Of a stretch of 32,000 nucleotides of DNA, positions 1 through 9,739 are shown in pieces. The notes under the pieces are model-generated. The model did no database searches. It was not told the origin of the DNA and saw nothing but the letters and a program-made list of their open reading frames with translations. Within the stretch, counting starts at the first letter, position 1. Every line of letters begins with the position of its first letter. This DNA is from Mycolicibacterium smegmatis (GTDB lineage Bacteria; Actinomycetota; Actinomycetes; Mycobacteriales; Mycobacteriaceae): the NCBI RefSeq assembly GCF_001457595.1, contig NZ_LN831039.1:5400001-5432000 (forward strand), read 5' to 3'. A program made the position numbers and the translations under genes.

Positions 1-155
1 CCCAGGGCCGTGATCTCGTCGGCGGTCTGCTGTGCACGGTCGCGGTTGCCGGCATAGTGCACGGCCACAGCCATCCCCGCACGTGCCAACCGCACTGCGA
101 CGTCATGGCCGATACCGCCGGATGCTCCGGTGATGATGGCTACGCGCTGGGTCAT
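1..155 (-). CDS. Short-chain dehydrogenase/reductase, N-terminal part; continues beyond the window edge
   Basis: Reverse strand from CAT at 153-155 translates MTQRVAIITGASGGIGHDVAVRLARAGMAVAVHYAGNRDRAQQTADEI, a Rossmann TGxxxGIG motif. Absent from the ORF track because the stop lies outside the window. Confidence 0.85.
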   Translation of the reverse strand, partial: MTQRVAIITGASGGIGHDVAVRLARAGMAVAVHYAGNRDRAQQTADEITAL

Positions 156-170
156 GTCGTTCTCCGTCCG

Positions 171-193
171 TATATGTACGATAAGTTCATATA
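171..193. promoter_or_regulatory. Candidate TetR-type operator between divergent SDR and TetR genes
   Basis: Inverted repeat TATATG-N11-CATATA in an AT-rich island between divergent starts at 155 and 236. Confidence 0.45.
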
Positions 194-235
194 TGTCCAA
201 GTAGGTGGGGCCACCAGATATTCCGGAGGTGACGG

Positions 236-826
236 TTGACCACCAACCCGCGTCGCGGCCGCGGCCGCAGGCCCGCGCAGGACGTGCGCCGCGATGTCCT
301 CGCAGCCGTGGCCGATCTGCTGTTCACGGAGGGCATGGCGGGATTCACCATCGACAAGGTCGCCGCGCGCTCTGGAGTCAGCAAGGTGACGATCTACAAA
401 TGGTGGCCGTCGAAGGGCGCACTGGCGCTCGACGGATATTTCGCAAAGGTCGAGCCGCGGTTGGCATTTCCCGACACCGGCGACATCGAGGCCGATCTGC
501 GGTCGCAGTTGCACGCGTTCCTGCGCGTCATCCGCGACACCCCGGCAGGTACTGTGATCGCCGAGCTCATCGGAGGCGCCCAGACCGATCCGGAGCTCAA
601 AGCCGCGTTCATGCAACGGTATTCGGGGCCTCGGCGCAGCTTCGCGGTGGCGGCGATGCGGCGTGCACAAGAGCGTGGTCAGCTTGCCGCGCATGTCGAC
701 CCGGAAACCGTGATCGACCAGCTGTGGGGCGCGTGCTACAACCGCCTGCTGGTTCCCGATCAGCCGTTGAGCGAACAGTTCGTGGACGCCTTGCTGGACA
801 ACCTGTTCCGCGGCATCGGGGCCTGA
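236..826 (+). CDS. TetR family transcriptional regulator
   Basis: N-terminal HTH (AAVADLLFTEGMAGFTIDKVAARSGVSKVTIYKWWPSKGALALDGYF). TTG start preceded by GGAGGT. Confidence 0.88.
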   Translation: MTTNPRRGRGRRPAQDVRRDVLAAVADLLFTEGMAGFTIDKVAARSGVSKVTIYKWWPSKGALALDGYFAKVEPRLAFPDTGDIEADLRSQLHAFLRVIRDTPAGTVIAELIGGAQTDPELKAAFMQRYSGPRRSFAVAAMRRAQERGQLAAHVDPETVIDQLWGACYNRLLVPDQPLSEQFVDALLDNLFRGIGA

Positions 827-849
827 GCACAGCATCGGCAGACGCGGAA

Positions 850-883
850 GAGGCCCGGCCGTGAGCGGGTACGGCCGGGCCTC
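850..883. terminator. Bidirectional stem-loop between convergent TetR and dctA
   Basis: GAGGCCCGGCCGT / ACGGCCGGGCCTC, perfect 13-bp stem with 8-nt loop between convergent stops. Confidence 0.7.
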
Positions 884-927
884 TGGCCCATCGGGCGCGA
901 GCGCGGAAGGGGGTAGCTCGGCGCCGG

Positions 928-2301
928 TCAGGCCGGTGTGGCAGCCGGCTCCTTCTCCGGCGCCGCAGTTTGGTGATCGTCGACCATGGTCAGTTCGTCG
1001 AACGGGTCGTCGCCGCCGAGCACGGCGTCGACCTTGTCCTTGTCGATGGTGTGGGTCCACGACCCGACCAGGATGGTCGCCACGGCGTTGCCCGAGAAGT
1101 TGGTCACCGCACGCGCTTCCGACATGAACCGGTCGATGCCCACGATCAGACCGACGCCGTCGAGCAGGTCGGGACGGTGTGCCTGCAGCCCGCCGGCCAG
1201 CGTGGCCAGGCCCGCGCCGGTGACGCCTGCCGCGCCCTTGGACGCGACGATCATGAACACCAGCAGGCCGATCTGCTCGGTCACCGACAGCGGATCACCC
1301 AGCGCGCCCGCGATGAAAAGCGAGGCCATGGTCAGGTAGATCGCGGTGCCGTCGAGGTTGAACGAGTAGCCGGTGGGCACCACGACGCCGACGGTGCTGC
1401 GGTCGACCCCGAGGTGCTCCATCTTCGCGATGAGTCGGGGCAGGGCGGACTCCGACGACGACGTCGACACGATCAGCAGGTACTCGCGTGCCAGGTAGCG
1501 CACCAGCTTGAAGATCGACACCCCGGCGACCGCGCGCATCAGCACACCCAGCACACCGAACACGAACACGAAGCACGTGACGTAGAAGCCGAACATCAAC
1601 GCCAGCAACTGGGTCACGGCGGTCCAGCCGGTCTGACCGACGACGTTGGCAATCGCACCGAAGGCGCCGATCGGGGCCAGCCACAGGATCATCGCGAGCA
1701 CCTTGAACACGAGCTTCTGCAGATGGACGATGCCGCGCAGGACCGGCTCGCCCGCGCTGCCCATGGCCTGCAGCGCGAAACCGACCAGCAGCGCCACGAA
1801 CAGCGCCTGCAGCACGCTGCCCGCGGTCAGCGCCGAGAACAGGGTTTCGGGGATGATGCCCTGCACGAAGTCCATCAGGCCGCCGGCCTCGTGGGCGGTC
1901 TCGGCCAGTTCGGCACCCTTGCCCGCGGCGCTCTCGGTCAGGTGCATGCCGGTGCCCGGGTGCAGCACGTTGCCCACCACCAGGCCGATCGCGAGCGCGA
2001 AGGTGCTCATCACCAGGAAGTACGTGAAGGCCAGCCCTCCGACCTTGCCGACCGTGGCGGCTTTGCGCACCGATCCGATGCCGAGAACGATGGTGCAGAA
2101 GATGACCGGGCCGATCATCATCTTGATCAGGTTGACGAACATCGTGCCGAGTACGCCGACGCTCTTGCCCACCTCAGGGGCCAGAAGTCCCACCGCGACA
2201 CCGGCCACGACGGCGACGATGACCGCGATGTAGAGCCAGTGGGTACGGTCGCGCCGGCGCGGCGGCGCCGGTTCCGGTTGACGGTCCAGGGTGGTGCTCA
2301 T
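928..2301 (-). CDS. dctA: C4-dicarboxylate:cation symporter (DAACS family)
   Basis: 457 aa. Motifs such as GKVGGLAFTYFLVMSTFALAIGLVVGN, SSSESALPRLIAKMEHLGVDRSTVGVVVPTGYSFNLDGTAIYLTMASLFIAGA and AVTNFSGNAVATILVG are typical of DctA. Confidence 0.94.
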   Translation of the reverse strand: MSTTLDRQPEPAPPRRRDRTHWLYIAVIVAVVAGVAVGLLAPEVGKSVGVLGTMFVNLIKMMIGPVIFCTIVLGIGSVRKAATVGKVGGLAFTYFLVMSTFALAIGLVVGNVLHPGTGMHLTESAAGKGAELAETAHEAGGLMDFVQGIIPETLFSALTAGSVLQALFVALLVGFALQAMGSAGEPVLRGIVHLQKLVFKVLAMILWLAPIGAFGAIANVVGQTGWTAVTQLLALMFGFYVTCFVFVFGVLGVLMRAVAGVSIFKLVRYLAREYLLIVSTSSSESALPRLIAKMEHLGVDRSTVGVVVPTGYSFNLDGTAIYLTMASLFIAGALGDPLSVTEQIGLLVFMIVASKGAAGVTGAGLATLAGGLQAHRPDLLDGVGLIVGIDRFMSEARAVTNFSGNAVATILVGSWTHTIDKDKVDAVLGGDDPFDELTMVDDHQTAAPEKEPAATPA

Positions 2302-2548
2302 GAGCGGACTACCTCCAACTTCGACATCTCATGCGGTGTTGGAAGTAGGTTCGATGACGAAGTGAGGCAAGTCACGTTTTAGTTCATTAGTTTCAGGACC
2401 GTTGCGCTGAAAGGTTCTGGCCAACTGGACAAAGCTGGGAGGTGATTCCCATACGATCGGCCAAAAATTTCGGTTCACCGTCCTGATTTCATGATCAGGA
2501 CACATCACACACATCACAGGTCCCGCCGACGGAACGAGACTCCTCCAG

Positions 2549-4075
2549 ATGTCCGACCTCACGTTTCAGATGATCGCGATCGGGCTGTACTTCGCCATGA
2601 TGCTCGCGATCGGCTATTACGCCTTCCGGCGCACGAGCGACCTCGACGACTACATGCTCGGTGGGCGCAAACTGCTACCCGGCGTCGCGGCGCTGTCCGC
2701 GGGCGCCTCGGACATGTCCGGCTGGCTGCTGCTGGGTGTGCCCGGCGCCATCTACGCCTCCGGCCTGTTCGAGTCGTGGATCGTGATCGGCCTGGTGGTC
2801 GGAGCCTGGCTGAACTGGAAGTTCGTCGCGCCGCGACTGCGGGCGTACACCGAGATCGCGAACAACTCGATCACCGTGCCGAGCTTCTTCGAGAACAGGC
2901 TGCGTGACCATTCGCATGTGCTGCGGATCGCGGCAGGCGCGATCATCCTGGTCTTCTTCACGTTCTACGTGTCGTCCGGGATGGTCGCAGGTGGCGTGTT
3001 CTTCGAGACGTCGTTCGGGTCGTCGTATCTGGTGGGCATGCTGGTGGTCGCGGGAGTCACGTTGTGCTACACGCTGTTCGGCGGTTTCCTCGGCGCATCG
3101 CTCACCGACGTCGCGCAGGCCCTGCTGATGTTCGCCGCGCTCGTCACCATCCCCGTCGTCACGATCATCGTCACCGGCGGCCCCGGTGCGGTGATCGATC
3201 TGGTCCACTCCGCCGACGCCGCGCAGAGCATCGCCGGTGACGAGATGCACCGCACCTCACTGTTCTTCGGCGGAGGCTTCCTCGCCATCGTCTCCGCGGC
3301 CGCGTGGGGACTCGGCTACTTCGGTCAACCGCACATCATCGTGCGGTTCATGGCCATGCGGTCGGCCGCCGACGCCAAGGCCGGCCGGCGAATCGGCATC
3401 AGCTGGATGATCCTCACCGCCATCGGCGCGATCACCACGGGTTTCGCGGGCCTGGCGTACTTCTTCCGCGAGGGCGTCACGCTCGACAATCCCGAGACCG
3501 TGTTCCTGCGCCTGGCGCAGGTTCTGTTCCACCCGTTTGTCGCGGGTGTCGTGCTCGCCGCGGTGCTGGCGGCCATCATGTCGACGATCTCGTCGCAACT
3601 CATCGTGTGCTCGTCGGCTCTGGTCGAGGACATCTACCGCGCGTTCGGCAAAGAGGCCAGCCCCACGAGGCTGGTCACCTACGGCCGCCTCGGCGTGCTG
3701 ACGGTCGCGGTGGTGGCGATCCTGTTGGCGCTCAACCCAGATGGCACGATCCTCGATCTCGTCGGGTTCGCCTGGGCCGGCTTCGGCGCCGCGTTCGGTC
3801 CCTTGATCCTGCTGTCGCTGTTCTGGCGCAGACTCACCTCGGCCGGTGCGATCGCAGGCATGATCGCCGGTGCCGTGGTGGTCGGCATCTGGGGCCAGAC
3901 CGAGGCGCTGTCGAGCGCGATGTACGAGATCGTTCCCGGTTTCATCGCGTGTCTCGTGGTGGCTGTGGCGGTCTCGTTGTTCACCGCGCGCGAGGATGAC
4001 GAGATCCAGCGCGAGTTCACCGAGATGGCCGAGAAGGCGAGTGCGCCCATGGGTGAACCCGCTGCATCTGCCTGA
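2549..4075 (+). CDS. putP: Sodium:solute symporter, PutP-like (SSS family)
   Basis: 508 aa. RRTSDLDDYMLGGRKLLPGVAALSAGASDMSGWLLLGVPGAIYASG and YFGQPHIIVRFMAMRS match proline/Na+ symporters. Confidence 0.87.
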   Translation: MSDLTFQMIAIGLYFAMMLAIGYYAFRRTSDLDDYMLGGRKLLPGVAALSAGASDMSGWLLLGVPGAIYASGLFESWIVIGLVVGAWLNWKFVAPRLRAYTEIANNSITVPSFFENRLRDHSHVLRIAAGAIILVFFTFYVSSGMVAGGVFFETSFGSSYLVGMLVVAGVTLCYTLFGGFLGASLTDVAQALLMFAALVTIPVVTIIVTGGPGAVIDLVHSADAAQSIAGDEMHRTSLFFGGGFLAIVSAAAWGLGYFGQPHIIVRFMAMRSAADAKAGRRIGISWMILTAIGAITTGFAGLAYFFREGVTLDNPETVFLRLAQVLFHPFVAGVVLAAVLAAIMSTISSQLIVCSSALVEDIYRAFGKEASPTRLVTYGRLGVLTVAVVAILLALNPDGTILDLVGFAWAGFGAAFGPLILLSLFWRRLTSAGAIAGMIAGAVVVGIWGQTEALSSAMYEIVPGFIACLVVAVAVSLFTAREDDEIQREFTEMAEKASAPMGEPAASA

Positions 4076-4165
4076 ATCCGGCACGCCGGATCCTCGAGGA
4101 TGTTCCGCGCCGGCATCGGAGGCGTCACGATGTAGTTCGTAGACGTCCGAGAACCCGGAGGTGCG

Positions 4166-5749
4166 GTGTCAGGCTGGCGACCCGAACTGTTGGCCCGCTC
4201 GTGGCCGCGGTCCCTGGCCGGTCAGGCGATCGCCCTGCAGGTCATCGTGGTCGCGGTGGTCGTGCTGGCGGGCAGCGTGCTGGCGGTTTACGACGCCCGC
4301 CGCGACGGCGAGGAGAACGCACGCGATCAGGTGGTCGGTATCGCGACCGCACTCGCCGACTCGCCGTCCACGGCCGAGGCCATCGAGTCCGGGCATGCGA
4401 CCGAGATCCTGCAGCCCGTCACCGAGGCCGTACGCACCGGCACCGGCATCGCGTTCATCACCATCATGTCCCCCGACGGCATCCGGTTCACCCACACCGA
4501 TCCCAGCCAGATCGGGGGCCACTATCTGGGCACCATCGACCCGGCGCTACGGGGCGAGACGTACACCGAGATCTACACCGGCACCCTTGGCCCGTCGGTG
4601 CGGGCCATCGTGCCGGTACGCGACGCCGACGGGAACATCGTCGGGCTGGTGTCGGCGGGCATCACGACGCAGACCCTCGCACAGCGGTGGCGCGGTCAGC
4701 TCGTCACGATCGCCGCGGTCACCGCGTGTGCCCTTGTGCTGTCGCTGATCGGGGTGTGGGCCATCCGGCGCAGGCTGCTGCGGCAGACCCACGGCCTGCG
4801 GCCCGACGAGCTGCGCGTGATGTACGACCATCACGACGCGATCCTGCATTCGGTGTCCGAGGGGCTCATCGTGCTGGACGGGGGCGGCGTGGCGCTGGTC
4901 AACGACGAGGCGCGGCGGTTGCTGGGACTTCCCCCCGGACCGGTGCGGCTCGACGACCTGCCCGGGTTTCTGCGCAGTCACGATCCTGGCGCGCGCGACG
5001 AGCTGCACGTCACCGACGAGCGCGTGCTGGTGGTCAACCGCGCCAGGGTCGCCGACACCGGATCCGAGGTGGTCACCATCCGCGACCGCACCGAATTGCA
5101 GGGCGCGCTGGGCGAACTCAGCTCGCTGCAGGTGCTCACCGATTCGCTGCGCGCGCAGGCACACGAATCGGCGAACAAGCTGCACACCGTGATCACCATG
5201 GTGGAGATGGGCCGCCCGCAGGATGCGGTGCGGTTCGCGACCAGCGAATTGGAGCTCTCCCAGCGGCTCGTCGACCGGTTGTCCGAGGCGGTGAGCGAAC
5301 CCGCACTGGTGGCGCTGCTGCTCGGCAAGACCGCGCAGGCCGACGAGCGCGGTATCGCGCTCACGGTCACCGAGGACACGCAGTTGTCCGACGAGACCGT
5401 GCTGTCCGGGCCGGAGCTGGTGACGGTGCTGGGTAACCTCATCGACAATGCGATGGACGCCTGCGACCGCGACGACCCCTGGATCGAGGTCACGGTGACC
5501 TCCGACGACGACCAACTGCTCATCACGGTCGCCGACAGCGGTCCCGGCATGGATCCGGACACCTTCGAGAAGGCCACGCAGCGCGGATATTCCACCAAGG
5601 CCGACACATCCGGCCACGGTCTGGGCCTGGCACTGGTCGCGCAGGTGGTCAACAAGCACGGCGGAACCCTGCACGCCGACGTCACCTACGGTTCGGTGGT
5701 GACCGTGACCGTTCCGATCCCCGAACGCGTCGGCGGTGGTCACGCGTGA
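4166..5749 (+). CDS. Sensor histidine kinase of the CitA/DcuS/DctS type
   Basis: Periplasmic PAS/CACHE-like sensor, two TM segments, ESANKLHTVITMVEMG phosphoacceptor-like region, NLIDNAMDAC N-box, DSGPGMD and GHGLGLALV. GTG start with upstream GGAG. Confidence 0.9.
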   Translation: MSGWRPELLARSWPRSLAGQAIALQVIVVAVVVLAGSVLAVYDARRDGEENARDQVVGIATALADSPSTAEAIESGHATEILQPVTEAVRTGTGIAFITIMSPDGIRFTHTDPSQIGGHYLGTIDPALRGETYTEIYTGTLGPSVRAIVPVRDADGNIVGLVSAGITTQTLAQRWRGQLVTIAAVTACALVLSLIGVWAIRRRLLRQTHGLRPDELRVMYDHHDAILHSVSEGLIVLDGGGVALVNDEARRLLGLPPGPVRLDDLPGFLRSHDPGARDELHVTDERVLVVNRARVADTGSEVVTIRDRTELQGALGELSSLQVLTDSLRAQAHESANKLHTVITMVEMGRPQDAVRFATSELELSQRLVDRLSEAVSEPALVALLLGKTAQADERGIALTVTEDTQLSDETVLSGPELVTVLGNLIDNAMDACDRDDPWIEVTVTSDDDQLLITVADSGPGMDPDTFEKATQRGYSTKADTSGHGLGLALVAQVVNKHGGTLHADVTYGSVVTVTVPIPERVGGGHA

Positions 5750-6438
5750 CCATCACGGTGCTCGTCGTCGAGGACGAACCGCTCATTGCCGAGGCCCACC
5801 AGACGTATCTGGGCCGGCTCGAAGGATTTTCGATCGCCGCCGTGGTGCACACCGCACGCGACGCGATGCGCGCGGCCTCGGAGGCCTCGGCCTCGGCGCA
5901 CCCGATCGACCTGGTGCTGCTCGACATCGGCCTGCCGGACGCGAACGGGATCGCGCTGGCGTCGGCACTGTCCGGGCTGCGGCCCGCGCCCGACATCATC
6001 GCGATCACCTCCGAACGTGACCTCGAGATGGTGCGCGCCGCGGTGGCCCACGGCGCGCTGGCGTATCTGCTCAAACCGTTCACGTTCGCGGCGTTCCGTG
6101 ACCGCCTCGAACGCTATCGCCGCTACCGCGAGGCGCTGCCCGCGGGCACCGCGGCGGCCAGCCAGGCCGAGGTCGACCGCGCGCTGGCCGAATTACGCGT
6201 CGCCACCGACAAATCCACCTCTCCCAAGGGCGCGGCCCCGCAGACCACCGACGAGATCGCGCGCGCGGTGCGTGACGAACCCGAGGGCCTCACGGCCGAC
6301 GAGGTGGCCAAACGAGTCGGCGTCTCACGCGTCACGGCATGGCGTTACCTCGAACGCCTCGCCGACGAGAACGCCGTCGCCCGCAACACCGAGTACGGCA
6401 AGGCCGGCCGCCCCCGCACGCGCTACCAGTGGCGCTGA
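5746..6438 (+). CDS. Response regulator of the CitB/DctR type
   Basis: REC domain (VLVVEDEPLIAEAHQTYL, DLVLLDIGLPDANG, YLLKPF) plus C-terminal HTH. ATGA overlap with the kinase stop. Confidence 0.9.
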   Translation: MTITVLVVEDEPLIAEAHQTYLGRLEGFSIAAVVHTARDAMRAASEASASAHPIDLVLLDIGLPDANGIALASALSGLRPAPDIIAITSERDLEMVRAAVAHGALAYLLKPFTFAAFRDRLERYRRYREALPAGTAAASQAEVDRALAELRVATDKSTSPKGAAPQTTDEIARAVRDEPEGLTADEVAKRVGVSRVTAWRYLERLADENAVARNTEYGKAGRPRTRYQWR

Positions 6439-7838
6439 GCCAGTTCGTCTCGGACCATCTCGGCACCCCGCTCGGCGATCGCGTAGACCGTCGCCACGAT
6501 GTTGTTGGACGGAAGCGACGGCATGACCGACGCATCGATCACCCGCAGGCCATCGGTGCCACGCACCCGGAGCCTGCTGTCGACGACCGACATCTTCGAC
6601 TCCCCCAGCGCACATGTCCCCACCGGATGGAACCAATTTCCTCCGGTCGTCCTGATGTACTCACGCAACCGGTCCTCGTCGGTGATGTGCGCGCCCGGGG
6701 CGAGTTCTTCGGCGAGCCACGGCCGCAATTCTGGTGACGCGCCGATCTGCCGGGCGACGTCGAGGCCGTCGAGCATGGTTTTCATGTCGCGCTCGTCCTC
6801 GAGATGGTGCGGGTTCACCACGGGCGGCACTTCGGCGGTGAGCCCGGCCAACCGGACCGTGCCGCGGCTGTATGGGTGCATGGGCGAGACGCCGATGAAG
6901 CACGTCTCGACGCCGAACACCGCGCCGGTGGCCCCGGCCGTATCGGCGCAGCGGATCTGCAGGTCAGGCGCGCCGCCGGGCGAGCCGGTGTGCAGCAGGC
7001 CCATCATCTCCGCGCGGTGGTCTGACACCGGAAGCGGTTGGGCCGCAACGTAGACGATGCCCGCCAGTGGGTGGTACTGCAGGTTGGCGCCAATGCCGGG
7101 CAGGTCCACCAGGACATCCGCGTCCAGTTCGCGGAGATGCCGGGCCGGGCCGATACCCGAGAGCATCAGCAGTTGCGGTGAGCAGACGGCCCCGGCTGCG
7201 AGCACCACCTCTCGTGCAGCCGTCACCGTGACGAGCTTGGAGTTTCAGCGGTATTCGACGCCCACGGCGCGATTGCGGTCCAACAGGACCCGTTGCACGG
7301 TGGCCGCGGTGATCACCGTGAGGTTGTCGCGGCCGAGTGCGGGGGCCAGGTACGGGTCAGCGGCGCTCTCCCGCGGGCCGTCGACGAGATCGACCGGCCC
7401 GAACCCGGTTTCGAGTCCACCGCTGATGTCGTCGGCCGCGGAGAAGCCTCGCTCCACCGCGGCGCGTCGGAACGCGAGCATCAACGGACTCAACCGGTCC
7501 GCGGGTCCGACCAGAAGTGGCCCGCGATCACCCCGCAAAGCCGGATCTCCGTGCGTGGCGGTCTCCGAGCGCATGAAGTACGGCAGCAGATCGGCGAAAC
7601 CCCAGCCGTACCCGCCGAACTGGTTCCAGTCGGTGTAGCTCGCATGATGGCCGCGCGCGAACACCGTGGCATCGGTCGCCGACGATCCGCCGGCGCGCGG
7701 CGGCATGCCCGGCACCGACGCGTCCTTTTCGAGCAACAGCACCTCGATTTCCGGATCCTCGGACAGCCGTGCCGCCACGACCCGTCCTGAGGTGCCGCCG
7801 CCCACGACGATGACGTCGTACGACATCGCAACTCCCAT
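6423..7838 (-). pseudogene. GMC (glucose-methanol-choline) oxidoreductase interrupted by one in-frame TGA at 7245-7247
   Basis: ORFs 7245..7838 (SYDVIVVGGGTSGRVVAARLSEDPEIEVLLLEKD) and 6423..7226 (AAREVVLAAGAVCSPQLLMLSGIG, VVNPHHLEDERDMKTMLDG, GNWFHPVGTCALG, RVTGTDGLRVIDASVMPSLPSNNI-type end) are in the same frame, separated only by TGA. Confidence 0.8.
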
Positions 7839-7916
7839 GTTTCCGCTGTTACTAAAATCTCCGTTAACAACGACAACGACGCTGCTACGGTTCGGCTGTT
7901 AACGTTGGAAACATGG
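7835..7916. promoter_or_regulatory. Divergent promoter/operator region with nested inverted repeats
   Basis: CCATGTTTCC (7835-7844) inverted with GGAAACATGG (7907-7916). CGTTAACA (7862-7869) inverted with TGTTAACG (7897-7904). Confidence 0.55.
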
Positions 7917-8626
7917 CAAAGGCGACCAGTTCGGTGCTCCCACCCGCCGAGCGGATTCTGGCGGCGGCCGCGGACCTGCTGCGCGCCGGCGGCATCGACG
8001 CGGTGTCCACACGCGCGGTCGCCACCGAGGCCGGCGTGCAGCCACCAACCATCTACCGCCAGTTCGGCGACAAGGACGGACTTCTCGATGCCGTCACCCG
8101 CCACGTCCTGGAGGGCTACATCGACCGCAAACGGTTGCTCACGGACCCGGATGCCGATCCGGCCGTCGTCCTGCGCGAATTGTGGGATCTTCACGTCGAA
8201 TTCGGTATGCAGCAACCGCACTGCTACCTACTGACGTACGGCCAGGGCAGGCGGACCTCGGCGGCCGACGAGACCGTCGCGATCCTCCGCGAGGTGATCG
8301 GCCGTCTCGGCGCCGCGGGACGGCTCACCATGAGCGTGCGCCGCGCCACCGACTACTTCCGCGCGAGCGGAACGGGTTTCGTGATGTCCCAGCTGAGCCT
8401 TGCCCCGCAGGAGCGCGACCAGGAACTGTCGGGGATCATCTTCGAGGCCACCCTCGCCGCGGTCAGCACCGATGGCAGACGCGGCCGCGGGCGCAAGGCG
8501 AACGATGTGCGGGCACGTGCGGTGGCGCTACGCGAGGCACTGCCGGAATCCGGCACGTCGGCGCTCAGCGCTGCCGAGCAGGGCCTGCTCGCCGAGTGGC
8601 TGAACCGACTCGCCGACCAGTCCTGA
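7913..8626 (+). CDS. TetR family transcriptional regulator
   Basis: [49 protein letters not shown] is a TetR N-terminal HTH. Divergent from the GMC oxidoreductase. Confidence 0.9.
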   Translation: MAKATSSVLPPAERILAAAADLLRAGGIDAVSTRAVATEAGVQPPTIYRQFGDKDGLLDAVTRHVLEGYIDRKRLLTDPDADPAVVLRELWDLHVEFGMQQPHCYLLTYGQGRRTSAADETVAILREVIGRLGAAGRLTMSVRRATDYFRASGTGFVMSQLSLAPQERDQELSGIIFEATLAAVSTDGRRGRGRKANDVRARAVALREALPESGTSALSAAEQGLLAEWLNRLADQS

Positions 8627-8632
8627 CGGGTC

Positions 8633-9739
8633 TCAGGCGGTCTGCAGTGACGGCAGCACCGCCGCACCGGCCTGCCGCGGCTCGGAGGCGACCAGCCGCG
8701 AGTACAGCGCGGGCAGTTCGGCGGCGACGTCGAACGCGTTGACCTGACCGCTGTAGTCGGCGACGTACACACGCGCACCGTCGCGACGCACGGCGACCGC
8801 CGCGGGCTGCACGCCCACGTCGATGCTGCCGAGGATCTCGTTGGTCAGCGTGCACAGCACGATCACGCGGTCGTAATCCACCACGTACGCGCGAGTGGCG
8901 TCCGGGCTGAGCACCAGTTGCGTTGGCGCTCCGCCGATCTGGATGGCGCCGACGACGGCCGCGGTGGACAGGTCGACGATGTGCACCACACCGCGGCGCT
9001 GCCGGTCCGATGTCAGCACCAGGGCCTTGCCGTCTGCGCCGAGGGCCAGATCGCGGATCGGGGCGCCGATCCACACGGTCGATTCGATCTGGGCGGTCTC
9101 GATGTTCACCGTGACCATGCGGCTGCCCCGCGGATCGGTGGTGGCCACGTACAGGCGCTTGCCGCTCGCGTCGACGCGCAGCGCGTCGACGCCGGCACCC
9201 GCGCCGCTCGCGAGGTCGATGGTCCCGACGCGCTCGGCAGCCGTGTCGATGACGGCGACGTCGATGCGGTCGTGACCGCTGCGGCCGACGAAGACACGCT
9301 TGCCGTCGGGGCTCATGGCGAGCGCGGTGACCGTCATGGCCAGCGGGTACTCGGCGAGCACCGAACCGGTGATGGTGTCGACAACCTTGATGGCGTCGTG
9401 ACCGGCGGTGACGACGGAGACGTAGGCACGGTCGTCGGCGGCGGCGACCGCGAACGGCTCGCCGTTGAGGCGGACCGAGCCGACCGGGGCCAGGGTGTAC
9501 GGGTTGATCACGGTCAGGCAGTCGGCCGCGGAGTTGGTGACCACGATGGTCTCGCGGTCGGCGTCGATCGCGATGTCGGCGATCGGTCCGCGTCCGACTT
9601 CGACGAGGCCCGCGACGTCGAGATCATCCAGCGCGCCGTCGAACGTGACGCTGCCCGCCGAATCGTCGGTGTCGGGAGTCTTCGCGTCGCGTCGCACGAT
9701 GGCGGTGATCGCGCGCAGGATGTTCTTTGCCATGGTCAT
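8633..9739 (-). CDS. YVTN-type beta-propeller repeat protein
   Basis: Repeats such as VTALAMSPDGKRVFVGRSG, VDALRVDASGKRLYVATTD, TQLVLSPDATRAYVVDYD and AAVAVRRDGARVYVADYSG. ATG at 9739 preceded by GGAGGT (the track start 9757 is probably too long). Confidence 0.85.
   Translation of the reverse strand: MTMAKNILRAITAIVRRDAKTPDTDDSAGSVTFDGALDDLDVAGLVEVGRGPIADIAIDADRETIVVTNSAADCLTVINPYTLAPVGSVRLNGEPFAVAAADDRAYVSVVTAGHDAIKVVDTITGSVLAEYPLAMTVTALAMSPDGKRVFVGRSGHDRIDVAVIDTAAERVGTIDLASGAGAGVDALRVDASGKRLYVATTDPRGSRMVTVNIETAQIESTVWIGAPIRDLALGADGKALVLTSDRQRRGVVHIVDLSTAAVVGAIQIGGAPTQLVLSPDATRAYVVDYDRVIVLCTLTNEILGSIDVGVQPAAVAVRRDGARVYVADYSGQVNAFDVAAELPALYSRLVASEPRQAGAAVLPSLQTA

Noticed and set aside
970-2382. 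470-aa plus-strand ORF antisense to dctA
   Set aside because: Typical high-GC mirror ORF; sequence is R/G/H/D-rich with no recognizable domain, while the opposite strand encodes a clear DctA.
7245-7247. In-frame TGA read as selenocysteine
   Set aside because: GMC oxidoreductases have no known Sec at this position, the site is not catalytic, and no SECIS-like hairpin was evident; a nonsense change is simpler.
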